Assembly (NCBI RefSeq): GCF_001194135.2
Contig: NC_068983.1
Location: 4,895,721 to 4,948,720 of the forward strand
From: Octopus bimaculoides
Lineage: Eukaryota
DNA length: 53,000 nucleotides
Direction: 5' to 3'
Shown here: one piece after another, positions 22,826-35,474 of the stretch
How positions within the stretch are numbered: position 1 is the first letter of the stretch
How the letters are laid out: every line of letters starts with the position of its first letter
Notes under the pieces: generated by a model
Databases searched by the model: none
Told to the model about the DNA's origin: nothing
What the model saw: only the letters and a program-made list of their open reading frames with translations
Made by a program: the position numbers and the translations under genes

Positions 22826-23569
22826 TTGGGCTATAATAGTTTCAAATCATCATCATCATCATCATTTAACATTTCTTTTTTTCCATACTGGCAGGGGTTG
22901 GACAGTTTGACAAGAGGTGGCAAGCCAGAGAGCTGCACCAGGCTCCAGTTGTCTGTTTTGACGTGGTTTCTTGATATGGATGTCCTCCCTAAAGCCAACC
23001 ACTTTAGAGAGTGTACTGGGTGCTTTTTTACATGGCACCATCATGGGTGCGTCTAATATGGCATCAGCATCCGCAGGGTTGCCAAGTTGCTTGCAAGACA
23101 AGGACCTCTCAGCTGAGAGAGGGATTGGAACCAAGAGAAGTGGCCATGTACCAGGCAAGATGTTGGAGTATGATAGAGGCACAAGGATTTGGTAAACCCA
23201 GTCAGCCAAGGAAGGAGATGGAGGCGGGAGTGAGCTAGAGAAAGAGAGAGAGCAAGCGAGAGAGAGCAAGCGAGAGAGAGAGAGAGAGAGAAGGCCTACC
23301 CACAAGGAACAGTGGAAGGAATTATAAGCAGTACAGAGGGGATGGAAAAGATGTTCCATAAGAGTGTGAAGGCAAATAATTAGAAATAGCAGGTGCTAGT
23401 GAGAGGAACTGGAGTGGCTAAGAGGTGGGTATGGTTGGAGTGGCTAAGAGGTGGGCATGGTTGGCTGAGAGAAGGCAACAGGAAACCATTGTTGTGTCTT
23501 TTCAAGAAAATTCACTTTGGTGTGAAGGTCCATGATGATCGATGCCTGTAGAACAGGTCTGACATAAGA

Positions 23570-23618
<49 letters not shown>

Positions 23619-23869
23619 GAGCGCGAGAGAGAGAGAGAGCAAGAGAGAGAGAGAGCGAGAGAGAGAGGGAGAGTAGGGTGGGGGGCTAAGTCTTAAGCCT
23701 CTACAATGCCAAAAGTCCTTACTGGTCAGATGCACTATACTAACTTCTAAAGACACCGCTATCATTTTCACTTCCTTTTAGGACGGCTTTTTTTTATATG
23801 ACTAATCATAAAAATGTTTATAGGATTCAGTCAGACACCACAGATTTTACATCATGTCAAAGCATAATA

Positions 23870-24000
23870 ACAGGCACTTTGCCATTGACGACGACGAGTG
23901 TTCCAGTTGAATTGATCAACAAAAAAGCCTGCTCACAAAATTAATTTGCAAGTGATTGAGCACTTCATAGACGTGTGTATCCTTAACATAGTTCTCAAAA
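23870..24000 (-). mobile_element. CORE-type SINE 3' half (inverted)
   Basis: Reverse complement matches 24200-24320 (gaactangttaaggg...ccacttgcac...aatttcac.agcaggc). Confidence 0.7.
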
Positions 24001-24014
24001 GATAGTAAAGTTTT

Positions 24015-24320
24015 ATGGCTTAGTGGTTAAGGCATTCAGCTCACAATCATAAGGACACAAGTTCAATTCCCAACTACGCGTTGTGTCCTTGAGCAAGACA
24101 CTCATTTCACATTACTCCAGTTCACTCAACTGGCAAAAATGTGTTGTACCTGTATTTGAAAGGGCCAGCCTTGTTACATTTTGTGTCATGCAGAATCTCC
24201 ATAAGAACTAAGTTAAAGGGTATGCATGCCTGTGGAGTACTCAGCCACTTGCACGTGAATTTCACAAGCAGGCCATTCTGTGGATCAAATCAAGTGACAC
24301 AGAATGTAGCAACGATGGCC
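24015..24320 (+). mobile_element. CORE-type tRNA-derived SINE, near full length
   Basis: ggcttagtggttaagg...agttcaattccc...gttgtgtccttgagcaagacact...; sister copies at 27900-28190 (+), 28370-28480 (-) and 44980-45135 (-). Confidence 0.75.
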
Positions 24321-24799
24321 CTTTGCAATATAGGTACCACTCATTTTCGTCAGCCGAATGGAATATCAAAATCTAAGATACGACAAAACAACCTTTCCTC
24401 ATTTTGTAAAATAGATAAGGATAATTGAACCAATGAGAAGGCATTTAAGTGGAACCTTTACCGACTAGAAATAGTAACCAAATCTCCCTCAAATCAGATT
24501 TAGCTGTCTTAAAGAGAGTAGGATAAGTTGAATGGTGTAGCCCTAGATACACAATCAGAACAAAAGATAGGATGGATGGTCATAGCTGGAATGTCTTTGA
24601 ATATCAGGGTTGATTGGGGCTAAACAACATCAACACCATCAGTACAGTTGAGTTAATAAAGAGGCCTTTATATAATCACTTGACCTACAATAAGTAGCAG
24701 CTAAATATCTTTCAAATCACATTAGAGTTGACCTGAGGTTAAAACAACAATAGCCATCTCTACTTGTATGATCTGAATCCAACGAATTTCTTTTTGAAG

Positions 24800-25140
24800 A
24801 TATGCGAAGGATTGAAAGAAATGAAGGTAGAGTATGCTTCGCTGGATGTGCAATGTCAGTGTGCATGTATGACAGAGTGTAAGCGTCTTTGAGAGGAAAG
24901 TTGGGCATAAGAGGCATCAGATGTGGTGTGCAAAAAGGGACGACTGTGCTGGTATGTGGAAGAGGGAGACCCAGGAAGACATGGGATGAGATGGTGAAGC
25001 ATGACCTTTGAACATTGGGCCTCAGAGAGGCAATGACAAGCGACAAAGACCTTTGGCAATATGTCGTGCTTGAGAAAACCTATCAAGCCAAGTGAAATTG
25101 CAGTCATGGTTGACACCAGTGTCGTGTAACTGCCACTCGT
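24800..25140 (+). mobile_element. RTE LINE ORF-end fragment
   Basis: RIERNE...LRWMCNVSVHV...KLGIRGIRCGVQ...GRPRKTWDEMVKHD, with deletions and frameshifts. Confidence 0.8.
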
Positions 25141-25752
25141 GGTGATGATGATGACAATACCACACACAGTTGAGCAATGTTTACCAAATCAGGGTTCCTC
25201 AGGATTCAAATCCTCCACAAGGGGTCACCTGATGTTCCACAAATAATAAATATGCTAATTATATGCAAATGAGTTTTCAAGTCATTTTTTTTAGCTTAAT
25301 CATAGGTTTGTAATGTTACTACACATTCACAGCTCCATTATCCTACTCATTTTATGTTCAAACCAGCCATATCTGGCCCCTCACACCTACCCAACAATGT
25401 CATTCTTAAAATAAACAATCACATCATAAGAATCTTGAAGCTATGAGAAAATGCATGATTAATTCAATTAATTCTAATCAACGTGAATAGAAAAGCATTA
25501 GATTTGACAATAATCCGAATGTTAAAGGTTTAAACAATATCTTAGCCTTAAAGCTTTTCTGCTATGTCTGATGGATTCATCACTGCTAAACCATTTATGA
25601 TTTAATCTCTTTATGAAAGATCTTGTTGTAACCATCCACTTTCCCATGCTTGCATTGGTCAAACAGAATTTATTGAGGCAGATTTTCTATAGCTGGATGC
25701 CCTTCCTGCTGCCAACCTTCACCAATTTATATGCAAGATATTTCTCCATGGC

Positions 25753-25954
25753 AAACGTTAGCATGCCGGGCGAAATGCTTAGCGGTATTTCATCTGTCTT
25801 TATGTTCTGAGCTCAAATTCTGCTGAGGTCGACTTTGGCTGTCATCCTTTCAGGGTTGATAAATTAAGTACCAGTTGCATACTGGGGTCGATCTAATCAA
25901 CTGGTCTCCCCCTCCCCCAAATTTTCAGGCCTTGTGCCTAGAGTAGAAAAAAGT
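25753..25954 (+). mobile_element. Meta-like SINE inserted into the RTE-tail-related repeat
   Basis: aaacgttagcatgccgggcgaaatgcttagcgg...gactttggctgtcatccttt...; flanked by atttctccatggc / atttccccatagc (TSD-like). Confidence 0.75.
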
Positions 25955-26749
25955 ATTTCCCCATAGCTAGACGTATTTTTCATGGAAGACTGAGTTTTTA
26001 ACAATCTTACTTCTATGATGACAATACTCATTCACAACCATCATACCACTTCAAGACAAGGCTACACACTCACACACACAGGATGCACTTCTTTCAGTTG
26101 TCCATTTACCAAATCCACTGACAAGGCTTTGGTTGGCCCAGGGCTATAGTAGAAAACACTTGTCCAAGGTGCTGTGCAGTGGGACTGAACCCAAGACCAT
26201 GTGTTTGGGCAGCAAGCTTCTTAACTGTACAGCCAGTCCTGCACCTGATAAGGGTATAAGTTTTAGGCAGGGGCCCCTTCTGACATAGATTGTCTTTAAG
26301 AGAAGAGAAAGGATTAGAAAATGCTGGAGGAAAGACTGAATGGTGACTGGAGAAAAACAACAACAACAACAGCAGCAGCAGCAGAAGTAAAACAGTTGGA
26401 TACACAATGACACGGCTAATCAGTTGTCAATAAGCCAGAAGAAATCACAAGACTATGTAGACAACAACAACAATAATAATAATAATAATTGCTCTATGAT
26501 AATAATAATGATGATGATGATGATGATGAAGTAAGTGGCAAGGTATGTTTGCTAATTGATGCTATCTGAAATGGTGTCTGTAGCAAACAATTAAGTGAAA
26601 CAGTGGTTAAATATTTCAGAAGTAACAGCCACGGGACGTCCAGCGGAGTTTAAAGGTTTTTAACTAATTAACGGAGTTTCAGGAAGGACAGCACCACAAT
26701 GAGGCAGTTAATATTTCATGTAGTTCAGCGAGCGTATTGGGGAAAACTG

Positions 26750-27260
26750 GTGGTGGCAGCAGTGGTGGTGGTGGTGGTGGTGACAGTGGTGGATTGTAAA
26801 TAGTAATATAGTGAGGAGGATGGTGGTGGTGTCGTATGGTGAGAGATGCAAGGGGAATGGAAGAATGGTGATAGTGGTGAAAGTGATATGGTGGTAATAG
26901 TGGCTGTGTGGTAGTTCTAGAGTGAAAGGTAGCAGTAGTAGTAGTAGTAGTAGTGTGGTAAACATTGTTGCAATGGTGTAGAGAATATGATGGTGGTCGG
27001 GTGATGGTGGAAATGGTGGTGGTAAGATGACAGTGAAAGGTTGTATGATGAGAACGGTGGTGGTGATGAGGGGATGGTATGATGGTGGCGGTGGTGATAA
27101 CAGCATGATAGTAAGTGTATGGTGGTGGTGGTGGTGATGGTGGAATGGAGAAGATTGTGGTGGTGGTGGTGGTGGTGGTGATGGTGGTATGGAGAAGACT
27201 GTGGTATGGTTAGGTGTGGTGACAGCACTGTTTGTACTAGTGGTGGTGGTCATATTGTAC
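26750..27260. repeat. Degenerate (GGT/GAT/AGT)n low-complexity tract
   Basis: Directly visible trinucleotide periodicity. Confidence 0.9.
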
Positions 27261-27899
27261 AAGAGGTGGTGGTCATCATGGTATAGTAATGAGAGTAAAG
27301 GCATGAGAAGTGATGCTGATGCAAAGATGGTCAGTAATCTGATGTGGACAGAACATGTCTGTTCTGCATTTAACAAAACAACACAGAAGACTGGAATGCT
27401 GTATAAATTTGAACAAAGATGGAACAATCACCATTTATAAACCTGATATTTGAGACATCATAGCTTACATCTATCTTCTATGCTGGCATGGGTTGGACAG
27501 TCCAACAAGAGCTGATAAACCAGATGACACTGTTGAGCTCCAATGCCTGCTTTAGTATGGTTTCGAAGACTGGATTCCCTTCTTAATGCCAACAGGGTTT
27601 TTTTCTTGATTATTTGATCTTTTATACTGTCAATGGTTTTTTTTTTTGGTTTCTTTCTTCCTTAATAAAATGTCTTATTAGATTAAACTTTAAATTCACA
27701 AAGTGTACCGGGAGCTTTTTTTTTTTCATATCACTGACACCAATGAATTCACCAAGAAACTTGCAAGACAAGACTCCCTCACCTGGGTGGAGATGCAGTA
27801 TTTAGGGAGATGGCTTTATGCCAGGTGTTGAGAGATTAAAGTATGATGGAAGCATAGGAACAGGTGTCTTGTTTTAGATGCCTATGTAGACAAAAAGGC

Positions 27900-28190
27900 A
27901 CATGGCTTATTGGTTAGGGGTATTCAGCTCATTATCATAAAGTCATGAGTTCAATTCCTGGCAATGCATTGTGTCCCTGAGCAAGACACTTTATTTCACG
28001 TTGCTCCAGCCAACTCAGCTGGTAAAAATGAGTCGTATCTGTATTTCAAAGGGCCAACCTTGTCATATTGAGTCATGCTGAATCTTCCTGAGAACTATGT
28101 TAAGGGTACGCATGTCTGTGGAGTGCTCAGCCACTTGCATGTTACTTTCATGACCAGGTGGTTCCACTGATCAGATCGGCTGATGAGAGT
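27900..28190 (+). mobile_element. CORE-type SINE
   Basis: Colinear with 24015-24320. Confidence 0.75.
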
Positions 28191-28276
28191 GCCATTAGAC
28201 AGGAGCAGACATAAACACTCTTTCCTGCTTGTCATCTCTTGACCCAGTGAAACATGCAGGATGTGATAGATGGATT

Positions 28277-28316
<40 letters not shown>

Positions 28317-29039
28317 GAGAGAGAGAGCAGCACCATCATGTTGGCTGGTTTTCTTTTACAGCAGAGTAGACTGGAGCCAAGTGAAATGATGTGCCTTGCT
28401 TGAGAATACCACATGTTGCTTGGTCTAGGAATCAAACTCATTAACTCATGGTCATATGACCTGCACCTTAAATCATTAAGCCACATATCTATGTAAATGT
28501 GTAAATAACAAATGAAAGACAGAAGATGGAATATACGAGAATATATTATCAATCACAACAATTGTTTCGACACATCCAGCATCGACTCCTCTTGGGTGGG
28601 ACACACAAAAAAACTAGTGCAGGAGTATCTGGTGGCACAGATGTATCTCGTCAGGTGATAAATAAATAAAAAAAACTCATTAAAATGACTGTTCCACAAT
28701 GTAACTTTCTGTTTTGCAGAGAGAGAAACAGCCAGACGGAGGAAAATTCTTCATATATATACAGAAGATCCAAAAATAAAATTGCAGAAAACAAAAAGAG
28801 AAACGAACACTTAATCCAGTGAGAAAAGTATTGTATGTGTGTATATACGTATGTATGCATGTGTGTGTGTGTGTGTGTTGCATGAGTGTATGTGTGATTT
28901 TTCTGAGTTGTAAGCTCTTCTTAAGAAAGTTCAAGGCGGTCGCTAACAAAGCGACAAGACTTTTTGAGTTAAGAGAATTCCCATAGTTTGTAAATATTTT
29001 GTTGAGTTGGTGGGTCAGTTGAGCTGTCAGTGCATGCAC

Positions 29040-29114
<75 letters not shown>

Positions 29115-29464
29115 TGTATGTGTGTGTGTCTGTGCATCTATTCTCCTCAAGAATCTGATAGAGCATCTTTGGAATGTCTTACATATCTTCATTGTGCTGC
29201 TAATAGATTAGATTTGGAGAATCCACATCAATTTCTTTTGCTCTTTCTTTGATAAACCTTGTATGCATGTATGTGTGCATGTGTGTGTATACATGTGTGT
29301 GCATATATGTATGTATATGTGCATGTATGTTCTGGTATTCAGAATAGGTACACCATATCTCTATATATCTTTAGAAGCCCTTAAAAAAGGGTTGCCAAGA
29401 ACATTCAACTACAAAGAACTACCTCAAAATGCCCTGACCAATCGATAACAGTATGGGAAAGTGA

Positions 29465-29690
29465 AAGTAGAGATGATGATGATGGTGGTGGTGTGACAGT
29501 GATGGTGGTGGCGGTGGTGGTGTGACAGTGGTGGTGGTGGTGTGACAGTNNNNNNNNNNAAGTAGAGATGATGATGATGGTGGTGGTGTGACAGTGATGG
29601 TGGTGGCGGTGGTGGTGTGACAGTGGTGGTGGTGGTGTGACAGTGGTGGTGGTGGTGTGACAGTGGTGGTGGTGGCGGTGGTGGTAATTT
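29465..29690. repeat. Minisatellite (GGT)nGTGACAGT
   Basis: Repeated ggtggtggtgtgacagt units; spans a 10-N gap. Confidence 0.85.
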
Positions 29691-30387
29691 GACTGTGATG
29701 GTGAGAATGACAATAATGATGTATCGTTCTATGCAGGTATTTAAATATCCACCTGGATGAGTGAAATGATGATATTGATTAAACAATATAGCTACAATCT
29801 GCACCCACACACCCACACCCACACACACAATGTACTCAACATACATCACTGCAAGTGTCTATAGGAGGACTTAAGTATATCTACTTACATACACTGTATC
29901 TATTTATCTGGTTGACTGGTTGGTAGTGTGTGTGTGAGTGTAGAGGCATTCATTCTGGCTGCTAAATTTTCCTCATGATTCTGAAGTTGAAGTCTTCAGT
30001 TATGTCCTGACAACCAATGAGGTAAGGTATACAACAGTCATACATGAATGGTGGCATACACACACTGACGTGCATGTACACCAGCAACATACATACAGGC
30101 AAGCATGCATATATCCAGACACACACACACACACACACAGACATGCATGTATGCAGATATACAAAAACACACACACGCAACAGATTTGTGTGTGTGTGTG
30201 TGTGTGTGTCCTTTCCTGATAAACAGGTAAGGTTCACTTACAGGAAGAGTATCAGGTTATAAAAATCCTGCCTCAAATACCCCCACCCCACCTCTAAACT
30301 ATGCAAGCATGGAAAAACAGATGCTGGATGACTGAACAAGTGACATATCATCATCATCATTGTCCTCCTCATCATCATCATCATCAA

Positions 30388-30421
<34 letters not shown>

Positions 30422-31014
30422 ATTTTCATCAATTTCATCATCATCATTGTCATCATCATCTTTTAACATCAATTTTCTGTGATGGCATAGGTTGGACAGT
30501 TTGACAGGATCCAATGGTCAGAGGGCTGCATCCTGCCCCACTGTCTTTCTTTGGTATGGTTTTTATGACCAGATGCCCTTTCTCGTGCTAACCACTTCTT
30601 TACAGATTATACTGGGTGTCTTTTATCTTATTTTATTTTTTTGTCATGGGGCCACCAGCACCAGTGAGGCTGCCATATAGCTTGCAGGACTAAGATCCCT
30701 TTCCACTGAGAGAAACTACAGCAGAGAAACAGGCAACTTTATGTTAAGTAAACGAAAAGCTAAAGTATGAAAGAACAACCCCACCACACACACACACACA
30801 CACACACAGCTGGATCAGATTTTGACCATCCTGCTAATTGCTGTTCAGAACATTTGACTCTTGTGCATGAAGATTGCTTCTAAATGAGATAGCTTCAAGT
30901 TCAGTCCAACTATATGCCACTTTGGGCAAGTGTCATCTATAATAGTCATGGGCCAACCAAAGCCTTGTGAATGGATTTTGTAAACAGAAACTAGAAGAAG
31001 TACATTGTATATAC

Positions 31015-31340
31015 ACCATCATCACCATCGTTTAACGTCCACTTTCCATGCTGGCATGGGTTGGATGATTGGACTGGGAGGCTGCACTAATCTGATCTGG
31101 TGAGGTTTCTACAGCTGGATGCCCTTCCTAACACCAACCACTCCGAGAGTATAGTGGGTGCTTTTTGCGTACCACTAGCATGGGAGCCAGCCAGGTAGTA
31201 CTGGCATTGGCCACACTCAAACGGTGCTTTTTACGTGCCACCAGCACAGGTGCTAGTCAGGTGGCGCAGGCACCAGTCACAACAACAATTTCACTTGACT
31301 CAACAGGTCTTCTCAAGCACAGCATATTGCCCGATGATTG
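31015..31340 (-). mobile_element. RTE LINE 3'-UTR copy
   Basis: Reverse complement of 750-1118. Further copies near 2005, 7345, 10495, 12285, 14610, 15860, 17900, 18640, 22845, 27465, 30440, 41880, 44670 and 45410. Confidence 0.8.
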
Positions 31341-32460
31341 AAGGGTAATTTTAAGCAGGCCAATACATTCATTTCAAAGAAAGAGCAAGAAAGACTGATG
31401 CAGATTCTCCAAATCCTATCTATTAGTGGCACAGTGAAGATCTGTGAGACATTCTAAAGATTTTCCAGCTGATATTCTTTAGGTGAATAGATACACACAC
31501 TCGGGTGAATGCATTCACAGTCCAACTAACACACCAATTCAACCACATATTTACAAACATGGGAACTCTCTTGACTCCAAAAGTCTTGTTAGTTTGTTAA
31601 CAACCAGCTCAAACTCTCTCAAGAACTTAAATAAAACTCAGCGGTAAAACATACAGATATATGTGGGGGTTGGGGGCTATGTGTGTGCTTGGGTGTGTAC
31701 ATAGGAGAGCGTCTCCTTGCTTGGACAGTTGTAAATGAGTGTCATTATCATACACAACTTTTTAATGATGAGCTTCTTTCAGTTTCACTCAACGCAGAAT
31801 TATTGAAGCTGAAATCCAGCGCAAAGCCACATGCTTGAGAAGTGAAGGTCCTAAACACACAGCCACCCCTATGACCATCACCACAACTTAAAAGAAGGAG
31901 GCTTATAAATAAGAAATCGAGTGAAAGTAGTTACAGAATGACTTTGGTAGAGTACATGTGTCTTAGACAGAACAACATAGAAAGTGGGGAAAAGCAACTA
32001 ACTTAGGAAATTTTATCTGACTTGCCATCTTATGGACTCTCTTCCTCTTTGAAATGAATCATAAAAAATATAACACTTCAGTTCTACCTCATTAAACATG
32101 GACAAAAAACACTCTGTATTTAATGAGGCAGTTAAGAGAAATGACCATGTAGTATTGATGAAAGGATGGGCACCCAGCAAATGGAAGCTCTAAACCAGTT
32201 TGGATTACCAGTCAAAGCCAGTTCCCTATATGCATTTTACAGGTTTCAGTCATTGGACTGCAGCCATGCTGGGGCACCACCTTGAAGGGTTTTAGTCAAA
32301 TGAATGAACCCCAGTACTTACTATTTTTTTTTTTCTTTTATAAGTTTGGTATTTATCCCATCAGTGGCTTTTGCCAAACTGCTAAGTAACAAGGATATAA
32401 AAACAACACTGACTGTCAAATGGTGGGGGGTTAAAAACACAAAGACACACATATGTGTGT

Positions 32461-32491
<31 letters not shown>

Positions 32492-32534
32492 CATACATAC
32501 ATACATACACATGTGATGGGCTTCTTTCAGTTTC

Positions 32535-32757
32535 CTATTTCTTTTATTTCTTTATTGCCCACTAGGGGCTAAACATAGAGAGAACAAACAAGGACAGACA
32601 AAGAGATTAAGTCGATTACATCGACACCAGTACGCAACTGGTACTTAATTTATCGACCCCGGAAGGATGAAAGGCAAAGTCAACCTTGGCAGAATTTGAA
32701 CTCAGAACGTAGTGGCAGAAGAAATAATGCTAAGCATTTCCTCTGGCGTGCTAACGT
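32535..32757 (-). mobile_element. Meta-like SINE inserted into a family-A SINE with a perfect 13-bp TSD
   Basis: ttctttcagtttc at 32522-32534 and 32758-32770. The family-A sequence resumes after the second copy. Confidence 0.85.
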
Positions 32758-33602
32758 TTCTTTCAGTTTCTGTCTACCAAATCCACTCACAAAGTTTTGG
32801 TTGGCCCATGGCGATAGCAGAAGACAATATAGAAGACTTCAATGCTCTATTATAGAAGACTGAACCTAGAAGCGTGTGGTTTGGAAGCCGACTTCATAGT
32901 ACACAGCCATGCCCTTGCCTATACACAGATGCACCTGTGACTATAAACATTTCCCATGTTATTAATTATGGAAGTTTCTTATTAGTTTTTTATCGGAGAT
33001 AAAGTGGAAAGTTAACGAGAAGTTGTACATTGTGTAGACTAGAAGGTGTTCAGTGTCAGACCAGAATTTATGTCTGATGTTAAAAGAGAGGATATGTGGC
33101 AACAGACCAGAGGCAATGTATGGTGTTTGAAACTAGAAATTGTATGTTGATATTGCTAGTGTCTAACAGTTTTAAGTTCAAATCCTATTAATGCTATGTC
33201 AATCAGATATAAGCCTGTTTCTCAAGATGGCAAACTTGAGGGATCCGTTAGATGTTTACTAATCTTGCTAGAAATAATTGCGAAATCTTGCCATAAAGAC
33301 TTTGAAAATAAAATAAAAATTAAAAAAAAAGAATAATACTTTGGATAATGTAATCCTGGGTACACCACTGGACCTCAAAAGGATGAAAGGAAAAGTTAAT
33401 CTTGTTGGAATTTGAACTCTGAATGTAAAAAGCCAGAACAAATATCACAAGGATATTTTCCAGTGCCCTAACAATTCTGCCATCTAGCTACTAATTTCTC
33501 TAGATTAGGAGTTGTCTACCATTTTTTGCACCTATGAACCCCTTTGATTACCATTTTATTCTGGTGGATCCCATAAACATTTGTGGTTTAAAAACTGATT
33601 TT

Positions 33603-33798
33603 ATAGGCGCAGAGTGGCTGCCTGGTAAGTAGATTGCTTACCAACCACATGGTTCTGGGTTCATTCCCACTGTGTGACACCTTGGGCAAGTGTCTTCTAC
33701 TATAACCTCGGGCCAACTAAAGCCTTGTGAGTGGATTTGGTAGACGAAAACTGAAAGAAGCCCTTTGTATATATGTATATGTCTATATGTATATGTAA

Positions 33799-33841
<43 letters not shown>

Positions 33842-34045
33842 TGTGTCTGTGTTTGTCCCCCCAACATTCCTTGACAACCAATGCTGGTGTGCTTACGTCC
33901 CCATAACTTAGCGGTTCGGCAAAAGACACCGATGGAATAAGTACTAGGCTTACAAAGAATAAGTCCTGGCGTTGATTTGCTCGACCGAAGGCGGTGCTCC
34001 AACATGGTCGTAGTCAAATTACTGAAACAAGTAAAAGAGTAAGAG
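33603..34045 (+). mobile_element. SINE family A, full length
   Basis: ggcgcag...(TA/TG)n...gtttgtcccccc...cttagcggttcggcaaaag...ggtgctcca.catgg...aagtaaaagagtaa. Confidence 0.85.
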
Positions 34046-34384
34046 ATATTTCTTTCAAAATTCCAATTTTGTTTTTCACACATTCACTTATTTAGGCTGA
34101 AATATGTAAAATGTTAGAGAAAGAAACCCTGCTGTTTCTAGCAAAACAACTAAAGCAAAATTTTCTCAATGACCCTTAATATATTACTGTGGACTCAATT
34201 TACCATTTTGCTTATGTGGACTCCCTACCCCACCCCAAAAAATCTTTTGTGGATCCCAAGGGGTCATACAGACCTCAGTTAAGAACCACTGCTGCAGATG
34301 TGATTACAAAACCATAAATGTGGGGTGGCGGGAGGAAAATAATTAATTTAATCAACTCAGAACAAGATCAGTTCGTTTTATATA

Positions 34385-35007
34385 CTAGCTGTTGAACCCA
34401 GCATTGCTCATGTTTTGTGTGAAATTAACCCCCCCCCTCTGACCATTGAAATTTTACATGTGATTACAGCTGATGTCCATTAGTTGATGCCAGCTCTGGA
34501 ATTAGATTAAAACCTTTACCACCTCCCCTACCACAAAATTTACCTAAATCTCAAATTTCATTAAAATCGCATGAAAAATATAAAAGTTACAGCCCAAAAT
34601 AAAATCTCTATGGGTATTTGCACGCAAAAAGCCTCTTGATTCTATAAGACCATTGCTCAGGCACAATTACTGATATTTTGTCAGTGCCATATACTGACAT
34701 CAACTCTCTGTCATGAGCCTCACTTACTCATCGATTTTCATCAAAATGGACAAAAAATGCATAAGCTTTAGGAAAAAAAAAACATCATTATGGGAATTTC
34801 CATTCAAACGCCTGATTGAGCTCACAGAAATCGATGCCAACTGAGCAGTACTGAGTTTTCGAAAAATTCCAGCCTTGTTTGAATTTCAGGGCATGTGATC
34901 TACCTATGTGCCAAAAATCATTAAAATCGGTTGGATGGTGTGGGAGGAGTTAGAGTAACCCCAAACACACACACAGACAGATGCTATTACACATTTATGT
35001 GTATAGA
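34385..35007 (-). mobile_element. Non-autonomous Helitron
   Basis: Minus strand begins A|TCTATACAC...(CTGT/GT microsatellite) and ends ...gcaatgctgggttcaacagCTAG|T. 5'-TC and 3'-CTAG termini, A|T insertion site, no TSD. Confidence 0.75.
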
Positions 35008-35124
35008 TATATATAGTTAATCTAATATGACCTTTGAGAATAAAGTGAACAGGATTTCAGATAAGTCCTTTTGATATGAGAAATATCTAAAACATTAAAG
35101 GTATTAGATATACAATTAGAGCGA

Positions 35125-35345
35125 TTATATATGTTTCTTTTCTACTCGAGGTACAAAGCCCAAAATCTTTGGGGAGGGGGCCAGTTGATTAGATCGACTC
35201 TAGTGCACAACTGGTACTTAATTTATCGACCCCGAAAGGATGAAAGGCAAAGTCAACCTCGGCGGAATTTGAACTCAGAACATAAAGATAGACAAAATAC
35301 CGCTAAGCATTTTGCCTGGTGTGCTAAAGTTTCTGCCAGCTCACA
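35125..35345 (-). mobile_element. tRNA-derived SINE with Meta-domain-like core
   Basis: Minus strand gagctggcagaaac.ttagcac...gagttcaaattccgccgaggttgactttgcctttcatcctttcggggtcgataaattaagtaccag. Other copies near 1-165, 19470, 33370, 35670, 46950, 48700 and 49015. Confidence 0.8.
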
Positions 35346-35429
35346 GACTATTATTCATATTATGGGCATATCTCTAACGTAATTTTTACGATATAATTTT
35401 TTCCTGATTTTATTTTCTAATATATACTT

Positions 35430-35474
<45 letters not shown>

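Noticed and set aside
23411-23464. 26-bp tandem duplication with G-runs (CRISPR-like or G-quadruplex)
   Set aside because: Only two adjacent copies with no spacers, in a eukaryotic context; G-tracts are mostly GG.
27189-27440. Small transmembrane-like ORF
   Set aside because: The hydrophobic stretch comes from the degenerate (GGT)n tract.
29465-29644. 85-bp exact duplication
   Set aside because: The two copies flank a 10-N gap, so this is probably an unmerged contig overlap.
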